Assembly: GCA_903863845.1 (NCBI GenBank)
Contig: CAIPDP010000071.1
Span: forward strand, 27,617 to 91,616
Direction: 5' to 3'
DNA: 64,000 nucleotides
DNA from: an uncultured Mucilaginibacter sp.
GTDB lineage: Bacteria > Bacteroidota > Bacteroidia > Sphingobacteriales > Sphingobacteriaceae
Shown here: positions 19,305 to 27,395 of the stretch, piece after piece
How the letters are laid out: every line of letters begins with the position of its first letter
Numbering within the stretch: position 1 is the first letter of the stretch
Notes under the pieces: generated by a model
Database searches by the model: none
The model's input: the letters and a program-made list of their open reading frames with translations, nothing else
Told to the model about the DNA's origin: nothing
Program-made: the position numbers and the translations under genes

Positions 19305-21638
19305 TTATTTTTTGCGGTTACCTGCCAGCCTGTACAGCGTTGCGATCAACACATCAATTTCGGCACAAGTATTGTAAAAGGCCAGGGAAGGCCTGACAGT
19401 AGATTCAACCCCGAAACGTCTCAATATCGGCTGTGCACAATGATGACCCGACCGAACGGCTATGCCTTCTTTGTTCAATTCTGTCCCAACCTGCTCGGTG
19501 GTATAGCCATCGAGAACAAATGACATTACGCTTGCCTTGTCCGGAGCCGTACCGATCAGGTGCAGGCCGGGTACACTTTTTAATAATTGCGTAGCATAAA
19601 GCAACAGGTAATGTTCATATTGAGCGATGAGATCGATGCCTAATTTGCTGACATAATCCAGGGCGGCGCCTAAACCTACGGCATCTGCAATATTGCCGGT
19701 ACCTGCCTCAAAACGCAAGGGTGCTTTATGGTATTGGGTATATTCAAAGGTTACGTCTTTGATCATATTTCCCCCACCCTGCCAGGGCTCGGTCTCGTTC
19801 AATAAATCTTCTTTGCCATAAAGTACACCAATGCCGGTCGGACCAAAAACCTTGTGGCCCGAAAATACAAACCAATCGGGATCAAGCGCCCGAACGTCTG
19901 TACGGATATGTGATACCGATTGTGCACCATCCAACAACACCTTAGCACCGGCCTGGTGCGCCATGTCGATCACTTGTTTAGCAGGAGTTATGGTACCCAA
20001 TGCATTAGAAACCTGTGAAAAAGACACCAGTTTTGTTTTAGGTCCCAGTAATTTCGCGTATTCACCGAGTAGCAGCTGCCCGTCATCATCAACCGGGATG
20101 ACCCTTATCTTCAAACCTTTTTTTGCTGCCAGTTGCTGCCATGGAACAATGTTAGCATGATGCTCCAAATGGCTCAATATGATCTCGTCGCCAGGCTTCA
20201 GATTTTGTTCGCCCCAGCTTTTTGCTACCAGGTTGATGGCTTCAGTAGTACCGCGAACAAATACGATCTCATTGACGGAGCCGGCATTGATAAAGGTCTG
20301 GACCTTTTTCCGGGCATCCTCGTAGGCATCGGTGGCCCTTGCTGCCAGCTCGTGCGCTGCGCGGTGAACGTTTGAGTTTTCGTGCTCGTAAAAATAACTA
20401 ACCCGATCGATCACCTGCTTAGGTTTTTGTGTTGTGGCCGCGTTATCTAACCATATCAGCGGCTTGCCGTTAACGGTTTCTTGTAAGATCGGAAAATCGA
20501 GCTTTACGCGATTCACGTCAAATGTGCTGCCATCACTACTTTTGAATTCGTTCGGAACCAAACCTGCTGCCTGAACAAAAGTTTTTAAATGGTTTTTTTC
20601 GTTGAGAAAATAAAAGCTGCTTGCCGATGGTACAAAACCAGGCAACTGCGGTGCAAATGGAACTGATGGGATATTTTTTAAAAGATCGGTAAGCCCGGAG
20701 TCAAACGGCTGGCTTGAACCAAAGGGCAGGTAATCAAATGACGAAGGCAAGGCATAATTACTTTCGATGTCGAGCGGCGTTTTGCCACCGGGCAAAAAAG
20801 CGTTGATATCATTCAGATAAGATGCAAATTCGTTTTCAGACCCTGAATTGGCATTATTTGAGCCGTATTTCCGGGAGTTATTTGGATCCGGAAAACTGGT
20901 TTGCGGATTTGCCATATCAACCGCATTATGTTGTTCTACGGCCGAAGGGGATATGCCACTACCTGCAACTGACTCGGGAACATTGCCCAAACCTGTATCG
21001 TTTGCTCCCGGCAAACTGGGTGCATTGCCCGGTATTTGTTCAGCGTTTACCTGCTCCAAAGCCGAAGGGGATCTCCCTCCGCCAGCAACCGATTGTGGTA
21101 TATGACCGAGTCCCTGATGATTGGGATCAGGAAGGCTGGTTTGAGGATTTTTGATATCAACCCCATTGCCCTGATGACCTGCTGAAGGAGATATACCGCT
21201 GCCGGCTACCGACTGCGGAACTTCGTGTGAGCCAAAGGCACTTGTGCCGGATAAAAAACTATGTCCATCCCGCAGATCGATCGAATCAGGCAAAGGCGAG
21301 GCCGGAACAGATGCACCAACGCCACCCAATGCAGGCGGATTGAAACCCGATCCGGCCGGCAGTATAGGTTGCAAGCCGGGTATTGACTGGGGCGAATCAA
21401 TACCGTTAAGTACCGATCCTGCAGACGGTGGCAATGCAGCATAACCAGTTGAAGCCGGCAGATTACCTGCGCCAAGCGGGTTCGACTGGTTAATGTCAAA
21501 ACCTTGCGGCACTGCATAATTTCCAGTATTCAGCCCTGTTACGCTGGTATCACCAGGCAAGGCCTTGAAAAACTGGTTGGCCAGTTCCTGCAATTCGGCT
21601 ATACCCGGGAAACCTTCTGGTAAATCACTTGTAGTCAT
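19305..21638 (-). CDS. SufS-like cysteine desulfurase with a roughly 370-aa disordered N-terminal extension (predicted encapsulin cargo)
   Basis: The C-terminal ~400 aa is a class V aminotransferase. PLP lysine in FSGHKVFGP, catalytic cysteine in RSGHHCAQP, and WLDNAATTQKP. The N-terminal ~370 aa is Pro/Gly/Ser/Asn-rich and starts with the IAELQELANQFF motif. The gene overlaps the upstream shell gene. Confidence 0.9.
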   Translation of the reverse strand: MTTSDLPEGFPGIAELQELANQFFKALPGDTSVTGLNTGNYAVPQGFDINQSNPLGAGNLPASTGYAALPPSAGSVLNGIDSPQSIPGLQPILPAGSGFNPPALGGVGASVPASPLPDSIDLRDGHSFLSGTSAFGSHEVPQSVAGSGISPSAGHQGNGVDIKNPQTSLPDPNHQGLGHIPQSVAGGGRSPSALEQVNAEQIPGNAPSLPGANDTGLGNVPESVAGSGISPSAVEQHNAVDMANPQTSFPDPNNSRKYGSNNANSGSENEFASYLNDINAFLPGGKTPLDIESNYALPSSFDYLPFGSSQPFDSGLTDLLKNIPSVPFAPQLPGFVPSASSFYFLNEKNHLKTFVQAAGLVPNEFKSSDGSTFDVNRVKLDFPILQETVNGKPLIWLDNAATTQKPKQVIDRVSYFYEHENSNVHRAAHELAARATDAYEDARKKVQTFINAGSVNEIVFVRGTTEAINLVAKSWGEQNLKPGDEIILSHLEHHANIVPWQQLAAKKGLKIRVIPVDDDGQLLLGEYAKLLGPKTKLVSFSQVSNALGTITPAKQVIDMAHQAGAKVLLDGAQSVSHIRTDVRALDPDWFVFSGHKVFGPTGIGVLYGKEDLLNETEPWQGGGNMIKDVTFEYTQYHKAPLRFEAGTGNIADAVGLGAALDYVSKLGIDLIAQYEHYLLLYATQLLKSVPGLHLIGTAPDKASVMSFVLDGYTTEQVGTELNKEGIAVRSGHHCAQPILRRFGVESTVRPSLAFYNTCAEIDVLIATLYRLAGNRKK

Positions 21639-22542
21639 GATAGTGGCCTACTTCAACGTCTTCCAAAACCGCGATCGCATCGTCAACCAAAACTGCCAGA
21701 GAGCAGTATAGGGAAACAAGGTACGAGGCTATTGCTTTATTGTTGATACCCATAAAACGTACTGACAAACCGGGCGATTGTTCGCCTGGCAGTCCTGGCT
21801 GGAACAAACCTACCACGCCCTGGCGACTTTCGCCAACACGCAGCAGGATGATCTTGGTTTTACCGTTAACAACAGGTACTTTGTCTGAAGGTACCAGCGG
21901 AATGCCGCGCCAGGTCAGAAATTGCGACCCCAACATCGAAACTGTTGGCGGAGGCACTCCTCTTCGGGTGCATTCGCGTCCAAAGGCAGCAATTGCCTGC
22001 GGATGTAACAGGAAAAAACCGGGTTCTTTCCAAACCTTGGCGATCAGGTCATCAAGATCATCCGGTGTAGGTGCACCGGTACGGGCCTTTATATGTTGTG
22101 AGGGCGCTATACTATGCAGTAAACCGTAATCTTTATTGTTGATCAGCTCACTTTCCTGACGTTCTTTAATTATTTCGATGGTCAGGCGCAATTGCTCGCT
22201 GATCTGGTTATAAGGTTTGCTGTAAAGGTCAGATACTCGTGTGTGAACGTCAACTACCGTATTTACTGCGCTCAGGTTGTATTCACGCGGATTCTCCACA
22301 TAATCAACAAAGGTTGCTGGTAAGGGTCGCTCATCACGCGCTGAACAATCGACTTCGACATTTTCGGCGTGCTTAACTTTATTTAATCTGTAAACGCCAG
22401 ATTCTACCGGGATCCAGTTCATCAAATGCGTTAACCACCTTGGGGTAATAGATGAAAGCTGCGGTACCGTACGTGTTGCGATCGCCAGCTGCCTTGCTGC
22501 TACGTCGCCTAAAGCAGTTTGCTTGGGTTGTTGCTCGGCCAT
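21625..22542 (-). CDS. Family 2A encapsulin shell protein (SrpI-like, HK97 fold, no cNMP-binding insertion)
   Basis: 305 aa. Segments DVAARQLA, TRTVPQL, ITPRWL, NPREY, SAVNTVVDVHTR, EQLRLTIEIIKERQESELIN, AIAAFGRECTRRGVPPPTV, GKTKIILLRVGESRQGVVGL and SVRFMGIN...ASYLVSLYCSLAVL match my recollection of SrpI-type shells. It is paired with an N-terminally extended cysteine desulfurase. Confidence 0.85.
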   Translation of the reverse strand: MAEQQPKQTALGDVAARQLAIATRTVPQLSSITPRWLTHLMNWIPVESGVYRLNKVKHAENVEVDCSARDERPLPATFVDYVENPREYNLSAVNTVVDVHTRVSDLYSKPYNQISEQLRLTIEIIKERQESELINNKDYGLLHSIAPSQHIKARTGAPTPDDLDDLIAKVWKEPGFFLLHPQAIAAFGRECTRRGVPPPTVSMLGSQFLTWRGIPLVPSDKVPVVNGKTKIILLRVGESRQGVVGLFQPGLPGEQSPGLSVRFMGINNKAIASYLVSLYCSLAVLVDDAIAVLEDVEVGHYHDYK

Positions 22543-22656
22543 TAATTTGATAGATTTAATTACGAGACAAAATAAGACAAAAACATGCTTAATTAACTAA
22601 CAGTCAGCCTTAAAATTGTTAACATTAAGTTCTGTTTAGTTTGCATTTATTGTAGT

Positions 22657-22684
22657 ATATATTAAATCTATAGATTTAATATAT
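22657..22684. promoter_or_regulatory. 28-bp perfect palindrome (candidate operator) next to a TAnnTTTG-type -7 box upstream of the encapsulin operon
   Basis: ATATATTAAATCTATAGATTTAATATAT is exactly self-complementary. On the minus strand, TATATTTG (22688-22695) lies just upstream of it. The half-site ATAGATTTAAT recurs at 22550-22560, 8 nt upstream of the shell-gene ATG. Confidence 0.4.
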
Positions 22685-22790
22685 TATCAAATATAGCACA
22701 TTTCCATTTCATTTTTGAAGTTAGAATTAAATTGGTCTGCTTACTTTTGAGTGATTAGGTTACATTCAATTAAAACAGGATTCAATTGCT

Positions 22791-25541
22791 ATGCGGCGGA
22801 TGCTCGTACTCTTATTGATTGCCATTAGCAGTGATGTTACTGCCCAGTTAAAAGTGGATATTGTTCTATGTGAGAATAAACCGCATCCGCTTGGCGTTTC
22901 CTGTAAAAGTCTTCATTTCGGTTGGGAAATCAGTTCGCCGAAAAATTCAGCAAAACAAAGTGCTTTCGAACTGGTTATTTCGAGTTCTGAAAAAAATTCC
23001 GAACACGGAATATATGATGTTTGGAACTCTTCTGTTGTTAACAGCAAGCAATCGGTATTGGTAGCTTACCGGGGAAAAATATTACGGTCGGCCACCCAGT
23101 ATTATTGGAAAGTGAAAGTTTGGGATCAATTTGGCAAGCCATCCAAATGGAGCAAACTATCGTCTTTTTGTACCGGTTTGGAAAACAAAAGTGATTGGAA
23201 CCAGGCCCGCTGGATCGGATACGAGGGCCTTGCGGATTCGCTGCGTTTAGCCCCCGGGGCTGATGACTCAAATGCTGATAAAATCAAAAACAACCCCCTG
23301 AAAAGGCCCGTTACCCCACTTATCAGAAAAGAATTTAAAATCGCCAAAACGGTCAAAAGTGCCTACGCATTTATCAGCGGGCTCGGTCAGTACGAACTTC
23401 TCATTAATGGCAAAAAAGCAAGCAATGGCTTTTTGACACCCGGTTGGACCTACTATGATAAAAGTTGCCTTTATAATGTGCTTGACATTACACCGCTATT
23501 AAAAAATGGCAATAATTGTATTGGCGCGATTCTGGGTAATGGCTTTTTTAACATCAACCGCGAACGGTATTCTAAATTGGTCGATGCATTTGGAATGCCG
23601 AAAATGATCTGCCGGGTGCTGATCCGTTATAACGATGGCACTGAAAGCGACCTTTGCAGCGATGCCAGCTGGAAAGTATCTCCATCGGCCATATTGTTTA
23701 ATAGCATATACGGCGGCGAAGACTATGATGCAAACCTTGAACAGGGGCATTGGGCCGAACCGGGATTTGACGACAGGCATTGGAAAAATACAGAATTGGT
23801 AAAGGCTCCGGCAGGTCATCTGTTAGCCGACATGGATTACCCTGTAGCAGTGATGGACACTTTCCAGGTTAAAAAGATAACGGAACCTGCACCAGGCATT
23901 TTTGTTTATGATTTTGGGCAAAATTCCTCCGGAATCGTAGCGCTGAAGATCAGGGGACATAAAGGGCAAAAGGTTAAACTGATCCCGGCGGAGATATTAA
24001 ACCAGGAAAAACTGGCCAATCAAAATGCTACCGGTAATCCCTATTATTTCTCTTATATTATTAAAAGCGACAGCACCGAAACCTGGGTGCCCCAATTTAC
24101 TTACTATGGATTCAGGTATGTGCAGGTTGAAGGTGCGCGGCCGGATACTTCAGTTTCAAATTATCTTCCGGTTATTTTACAACTTACTGCCCTTCATACA
24201 CGTAATGCTGGACCTTCCAATGGCTCATTTGAATGCTCGAACGAGCTATTTAACCGGATTTTTACCCTGATCAACTGGGCTATCAAAAGCAATTTACAAA
24301 GTGTAGTAACCGATTGCCCTCACCGCGAAAAACTAGGATGGCTAGAACAGGACTATTTAATGGGTACTTCAATCCATTATAATTTTGACAATTATAGTTT
24401 ATATCGCAAACTTGTTTTTGACCTGATGGATGCCCAGCAGGCAAACGGCCTTGTACCAGACATTGCCCCGGAATATGTACAGTTTGACGGCGGCTTTCGT
24501 GATTCGCCCGAATGGGGCAGCAGTTCAGTAATACTACCCTGGCTTTTATATCAATGGAATGGCGACCGCGACATCGTTGAAAAAGCTTTCCCGATGATTA
24601 AAAAATACGTTGCTTACCTGGAAAGTAAATCAAATCATCATATCCTTGACTACGGCTTAGGCGACTGGTACGACTATGGCCCTGCAGCCCCGGGTTATGC
24701 GCAGTTAACCCCGCGGGCGCTGACAGCAACTGCTATTTATTATGATGATGTAGTGCTTGCCGGTAAAATGGCGGCGGTACTGAAACGATACCGGGATGAA
24801 AAAGCGTTTGATGATCTGGCTGGCCAAATTAAACTCGCTTTTAACAATCGTTTTTTTGACACGGCTACTAACACCTATTCCACTGGCAGTCAAACCGCTA
24901 TGGCAATGCCGCTAAGCGTAGGTTTGGTTAATGAAAAAAATCGCCGCGTGGTTTTACAAAACCTGGTCGACTCTATCAAAACCCATCATTACGCGCTGAC
25001 TGCCGGGGATATTGGTTTCCATTTTTTAGTAGATGCATTGGATAAGGGTGAACGGGGGCAGATTATTTACGATATGAATAACCGCGACAATGTGCCGGGC
25101 TATGGTTACCAGTTGAAAAAAGGAGCAACCTCCTTAACCGAATCCTGGGCCGCACTGGAAGAAGTGTCCAACAATCACTTGATGCTCGGACATATCATGG
25201 AGTGGTTTTATAGCGGATTGGCAGGCATCAGCCAGGAAAGCGGTTCGGTAGGTTTTCAAACACTTAAAATCAAACCCCAACCTGTAGGCGATATCAATTA
25301 TGCCAAAGGAAGTTTTCATACCCCTTATGGCTGGGTAAAAACATCCTGGACCAAAAACAAGGGCAGTTTCCGGTTAAAGGTTGAAATCCCCGCAAATTCG
25401 AATGCAAATATCTATCTTCCAGCACATAGGTATTCAAAAATATACGAGAACAATAAATTAGTCAGAAAAATGGGCTCGTATGAAAACGGCAGGGCAATGC
25501 TAAGTGTTGCATCGGGCATTTATCAGTTTGAGGTTAAATAA
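22791..25541 (+). CDS. Alpha-L-rhamnosidase (glycoside hydrolase family 78)
   Basis: 916 aa with a signal peptide. N-terminal rhamnosidase domain (QYYWKVKVWD, ARWIGY) and catalytic (alpha/alpha)6 region with DCPHREKLGWLEQDY. Confidence 0.9.
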   Translation: MRRMLVLLLIAISSDVTAQLKVDIVLCENKPHPLGVSCKSLHFGWEISSPKNSAKQSAFELVISSSEKNSEHGIYDVWNSSVVNSKQSVLVAYRGKILRSATQYYWKVKVWDQFGKPSKWSKLSSFCTGLENKSDWNQARWIGYEGLADSLRLAPGADDSNADKIKNNPLKRPVTPLIRKEFKIAKTVKSAYAFISGLGQYELLINGKKASNGFLTPGWTYYDKSCLYNVLDITPLLKNGNNCIGAILGNGFFNINRERYSKLVDAFGMPKMICRVLIRYNDGTESDLCSDASWKVSPSAILFNSIYGGEDYDANLEQGHWAEPGFDDRHWKNTELVKAPAGHLLADMDYPVAVMDTFQVKKITEPAPGIFVYDFGQNSSGIVALKIRGHKGQKVKLIPAEILNQEKLANQNATGNPYYFSYIIKSDSTETWVPQFTYYGFRYVQVEGARPDTSVSNYLPVILQLTALHTRNAGPSNGSFECSNELFNRIFTLINWAIKSNLQSVVTDCPHREKLGWLEQDYLMGTSIHYNFDNYSLYRKLVFDLMDAQQANGLVPDIAPEYVQFDGGFRDSPEWGSSSVILPWLLYQWNGDRDIVEKAFPMIKKYVAYLESKSNHHILDYGLGDWYDYGPAAPGYAQLTPRALTATAIYYDDVVLAGKMAAVLKRYRDEKAFDDLAGQIKLAFNNRFFDTATNTYSTGSQTAMAMPLSVGLVNEKNRRVVLQNLVDSIKTHHYALTAGDIGFHFLVDALDKGERGQIIYDMNNRDNVPGYGYQLKKGATSLTESWAALEEVSNNHLMLGHIMEWFYSGLAGISQESGSVGFQTLKIKPQPVGDINYAKGSFHTPYGWVKTSWTKNKGSFRLKVEIPANSNANIYLPAHRYSKIYENNKLVRKMGSYENGRAMLSVASGIYQFEVK

Positions 25542-25609
25542 AAATGCATTACAACGCGATATTTATGGTGATGGTTCAACTCTTTAGCTTATTCAATTTA
25601 GCGTAAAAT

Positions 25610-25682
25610 ATGGCAGGAATTGAATATTGCGATGATAACCAACAACTTACAAATTGAAAGTAACAAATAAGTAACAAAGTGG
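25610..25682 (+). repeat. 73-nt direct repeat, copy A (left flank of the orphan lipoprotein gene)
   Basis: ATGGCAGGAATTGAATATTGCGATGAT...GAAAGTAACAAATAAGTAACAAAGTGG. An ungapped alignment by eye with 26789-26861 gives 60 of 73 identical positions. Confidence 0.75.
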
Positions 25683-25811
25683 ATTAACGAAAGTTGTCAA
25701 AATAATGGCCCGTTTATATTGCATGCAAGAGCTCATCGGTTCGACCCCGATAATATAATTCAATCGAAATTTGTTCGATATATTTTGTAAGTTTAACAGA
25801 AAACGGTGCTT

Positions 25812-26549
25812 ATGAAAAAACTCATTTTTGTTGTTCTATTTTTGGGATTTTATTCAATTGCATGCAAACAGATTTCAACCAAACCAAAATATGTACAATC
25901 CCCGGCTAAAAAGGGACCAATTGCGGATACTGATTTTATTTCTAGAGAAGTTACCAAAGAATATTATCACGCTGTCTTTATAGAACATAATCGGCAATCG
26001 ATATTTTATACTGACCTTCTCGATTTCAAGATGGACGAGTATGAAAATGATGAATATAAACAAGAATATAAAGTATTAAAAAAGCGCAGCTCTTCTCCCT
26101 TTAAGATTTATGATCTTACCGGTTTGTCCAAAGAATGGATACCCCTATATAAATATAGAAATAAGTATTATATCTACTATCCATCAGATCGGGGTAACGC
26201 TGGTAGGAGAATTATTTCAGATAGTACAATGGTATATCGTTTTATGGATGGCGTCCGAATTGAACCATTTATGGCGGTGAAAAAAGTCGACAACCATACC
26301 TATAGTTTTAATCTCCGTTCACTATTCATCGATACTGGGATTTCACAAATTACTATCCACATAATTGATCCTAAAAATAATATTGTAGTTTGGGAAGATT
26401 CATCACCATATTCGGGGCACTTTCAATTATTCATTGCAAGAGAAAACGCAAAAAACTTCGATATGGTTGTTAATTATTGTAAAGAAATTAAAACAGAGGA
26501 ATTTCAATTTGATGACATCGAATTTGCGAGTCTTTTAAAGGTTCACTAA
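25812..26549 (+). CDS. Hypothetical lipoprotein in the AT-rich islet
   Basis: ORF with signal peptide and lipobox-like SIAC (MKKLIFVVLFLGFYSIAC). Lys/Tyr/Asn-rich, no recognised motif. ATG at 25812; the track starts at a GTG at 25806. Confidence 0.6.
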   Translation: MKKLIFVVLFLGFYSIACKQISTKPKYVQSPAKKGPIADTDFISREVTKEYYHAVFIEHNRQSIFYTDLLDFKMDEYENDEYKQEYKVLKKRSSSPFKIYDLTGLSKEWIPLYKYRNKYYIYYPSDRGNAGRRIISDSTMVYRFMDGVRIEPFMAVKKVDNHTYSFNLRSLFIDTGISQITIHIIDPKNNIVVWEDSSPYSGHFQLFIARENAKNFDMVVNYCKEIKTEEFQFDDIEFASLLKVH

Positions 26550-26788
26550 TAGGTTTTTAGTTTACCTAAAGGCGAAGCAGCCGTATCCAGAATTACTTCG
26601 CCAGGCCCGATCTTTTTGATCAGCCCCACAACCAATGGCAAACAAAGAAGTATCCTCTCATTTTGAAGGCGGGACCGACAACCATCACACTTAAATTTCC
26701 CACTGCCATTTTTAACAAAAAATTGATTTAACGCTTGTTTCATTTTTAAACAATCCCTGGCTTACTTTTGCATTTTAAGAAAACCCCG

Positions 26789-26861
26789 ATGGCCGGAATT
26801 GAATATTGCAATGATTTACAAATAGTTACAATCGAAAAGTAACAAATAAGTAACAATGTGG
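26789..26861 (+). repeat. 73-nt direct repeat, copy B
   Basis: ATGGCCGGAATTGAATATTGCAATGAT...GAAAAGTAACAAATAAGTAACAATGTGG. Same length as copy A, starting 1179 nt downstream of it. Confidence 0.75.
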
Positions 26862-26891
26862 CTTAAAATCCGGTCTAATAAATGCTCATGC

Positions 26892-26928
26892 AAAAAAAGA
26901 GGCCGATCAGATTATAATACAGCCTCTT
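26892..26928 (-). terminator. Rho-independent terminator after the immunity-like gene
   Basis: On the minus strand, AAGAGGC ... GCCTCTT forms a 7-bp stem with a long loop, followed by a T7 run (the A7 at 26892-26898 on the plus strand, which overlaps the stem base). It sits 11 nt past the stop at 26939. Confidence 0.5.
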
Positions 26929-26938
26929 GTTGTATAAT

Positions 26939-27394
26939 TCAGCCACACTTACTAAAAGCCAACTCTAACGCTACAATAATCTCCTGATTTGCAGCTCGAT
27001 ATTTGATAGAAACAGACTCGCTTTCATCTTTATGCAAAAACCCTTTATGTGGCTTTTCAGCAGGCCTCGATGGAGTAAAAGTTATTTGCAATCCATCTTC
27101 CGCAATTGTTACGTATTTATTTAAGTGGTTGTCTAATTCTTTCATAGTTTTCAAGCCTATTTGTTTTAGAAAGTCCTTTCCTGATTGCTTCCAATCTTTC
27201 GGATCAGGTATTCTTTTATTATCGTCATTACAAAGAGAAGCCTTAATGGCATTACCAATTAGATCGGCATTAGCTTCTGTTTCTGAAATATTGAAATAAG
27301 GTTCTGATGCTACTCTGAAGCCGCTTACTGGTTTGCTTTTCCCAAATACTATATATCCTCTATTAGGTATCTTATAAATAGATGCTGTTTTCAT
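26939..27394 (-). CDS. Putative immunity protein for the adjacent Rhs-CT toxin remnant
   Basis: Intact 151-aa ORF whose ATG (27394) lies 1 nt after the stop (27396) of the decayed toxin reading frame, the classic toxin-immunity layout. The family was not recognised from sequence. Confidence 0.5.
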   Translation of the reverse strand: MKTASIYKIPNRGYIVFGKSKPVSGFRVASEPYFNISETEANADLIGNAIKASLCNDDNKRIPDPKDWKQSGKDFLKQIGLKTMKELDNHLNKYVTIAEDGLQITFTPSRPAEKPHKGFLHKDESESVSIKYRAANQEIIVALELAFSKCG

Positions 27395-27395
27395 T

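Noticed and set aside
20822-21517. ORFs 20822-21154, 20848-21105, 21206-21517 and 21244-21444 within the desulfurase N-terminal region
   Set aside because: These are alternate-frame or antisense readings of the stop-poor, repeat-containing region that encodes the disordered domain. The long frame continuous with the SufS domain explains the sequence.
25714-25759. Possible tRNA gene
   Set aside because: Only acceptor-like and T-arm-like helices are present, with no D arm or anticodon arm. It is reported as a tRNA-like remnant under findings, not as a tRNA feature.
26546-26743. 65-aa minus-strand ORF (MKQALNQFFVKNGSGKFKCDGCRS...) as a possible transposase or integrase fragment
   Set aside because: It has no recognisable recombinase or transposase motif, only a single CxxC, and overlaps the end of the lipoprotein gene. 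The evidence is insufficient to call a gene or mobile element.
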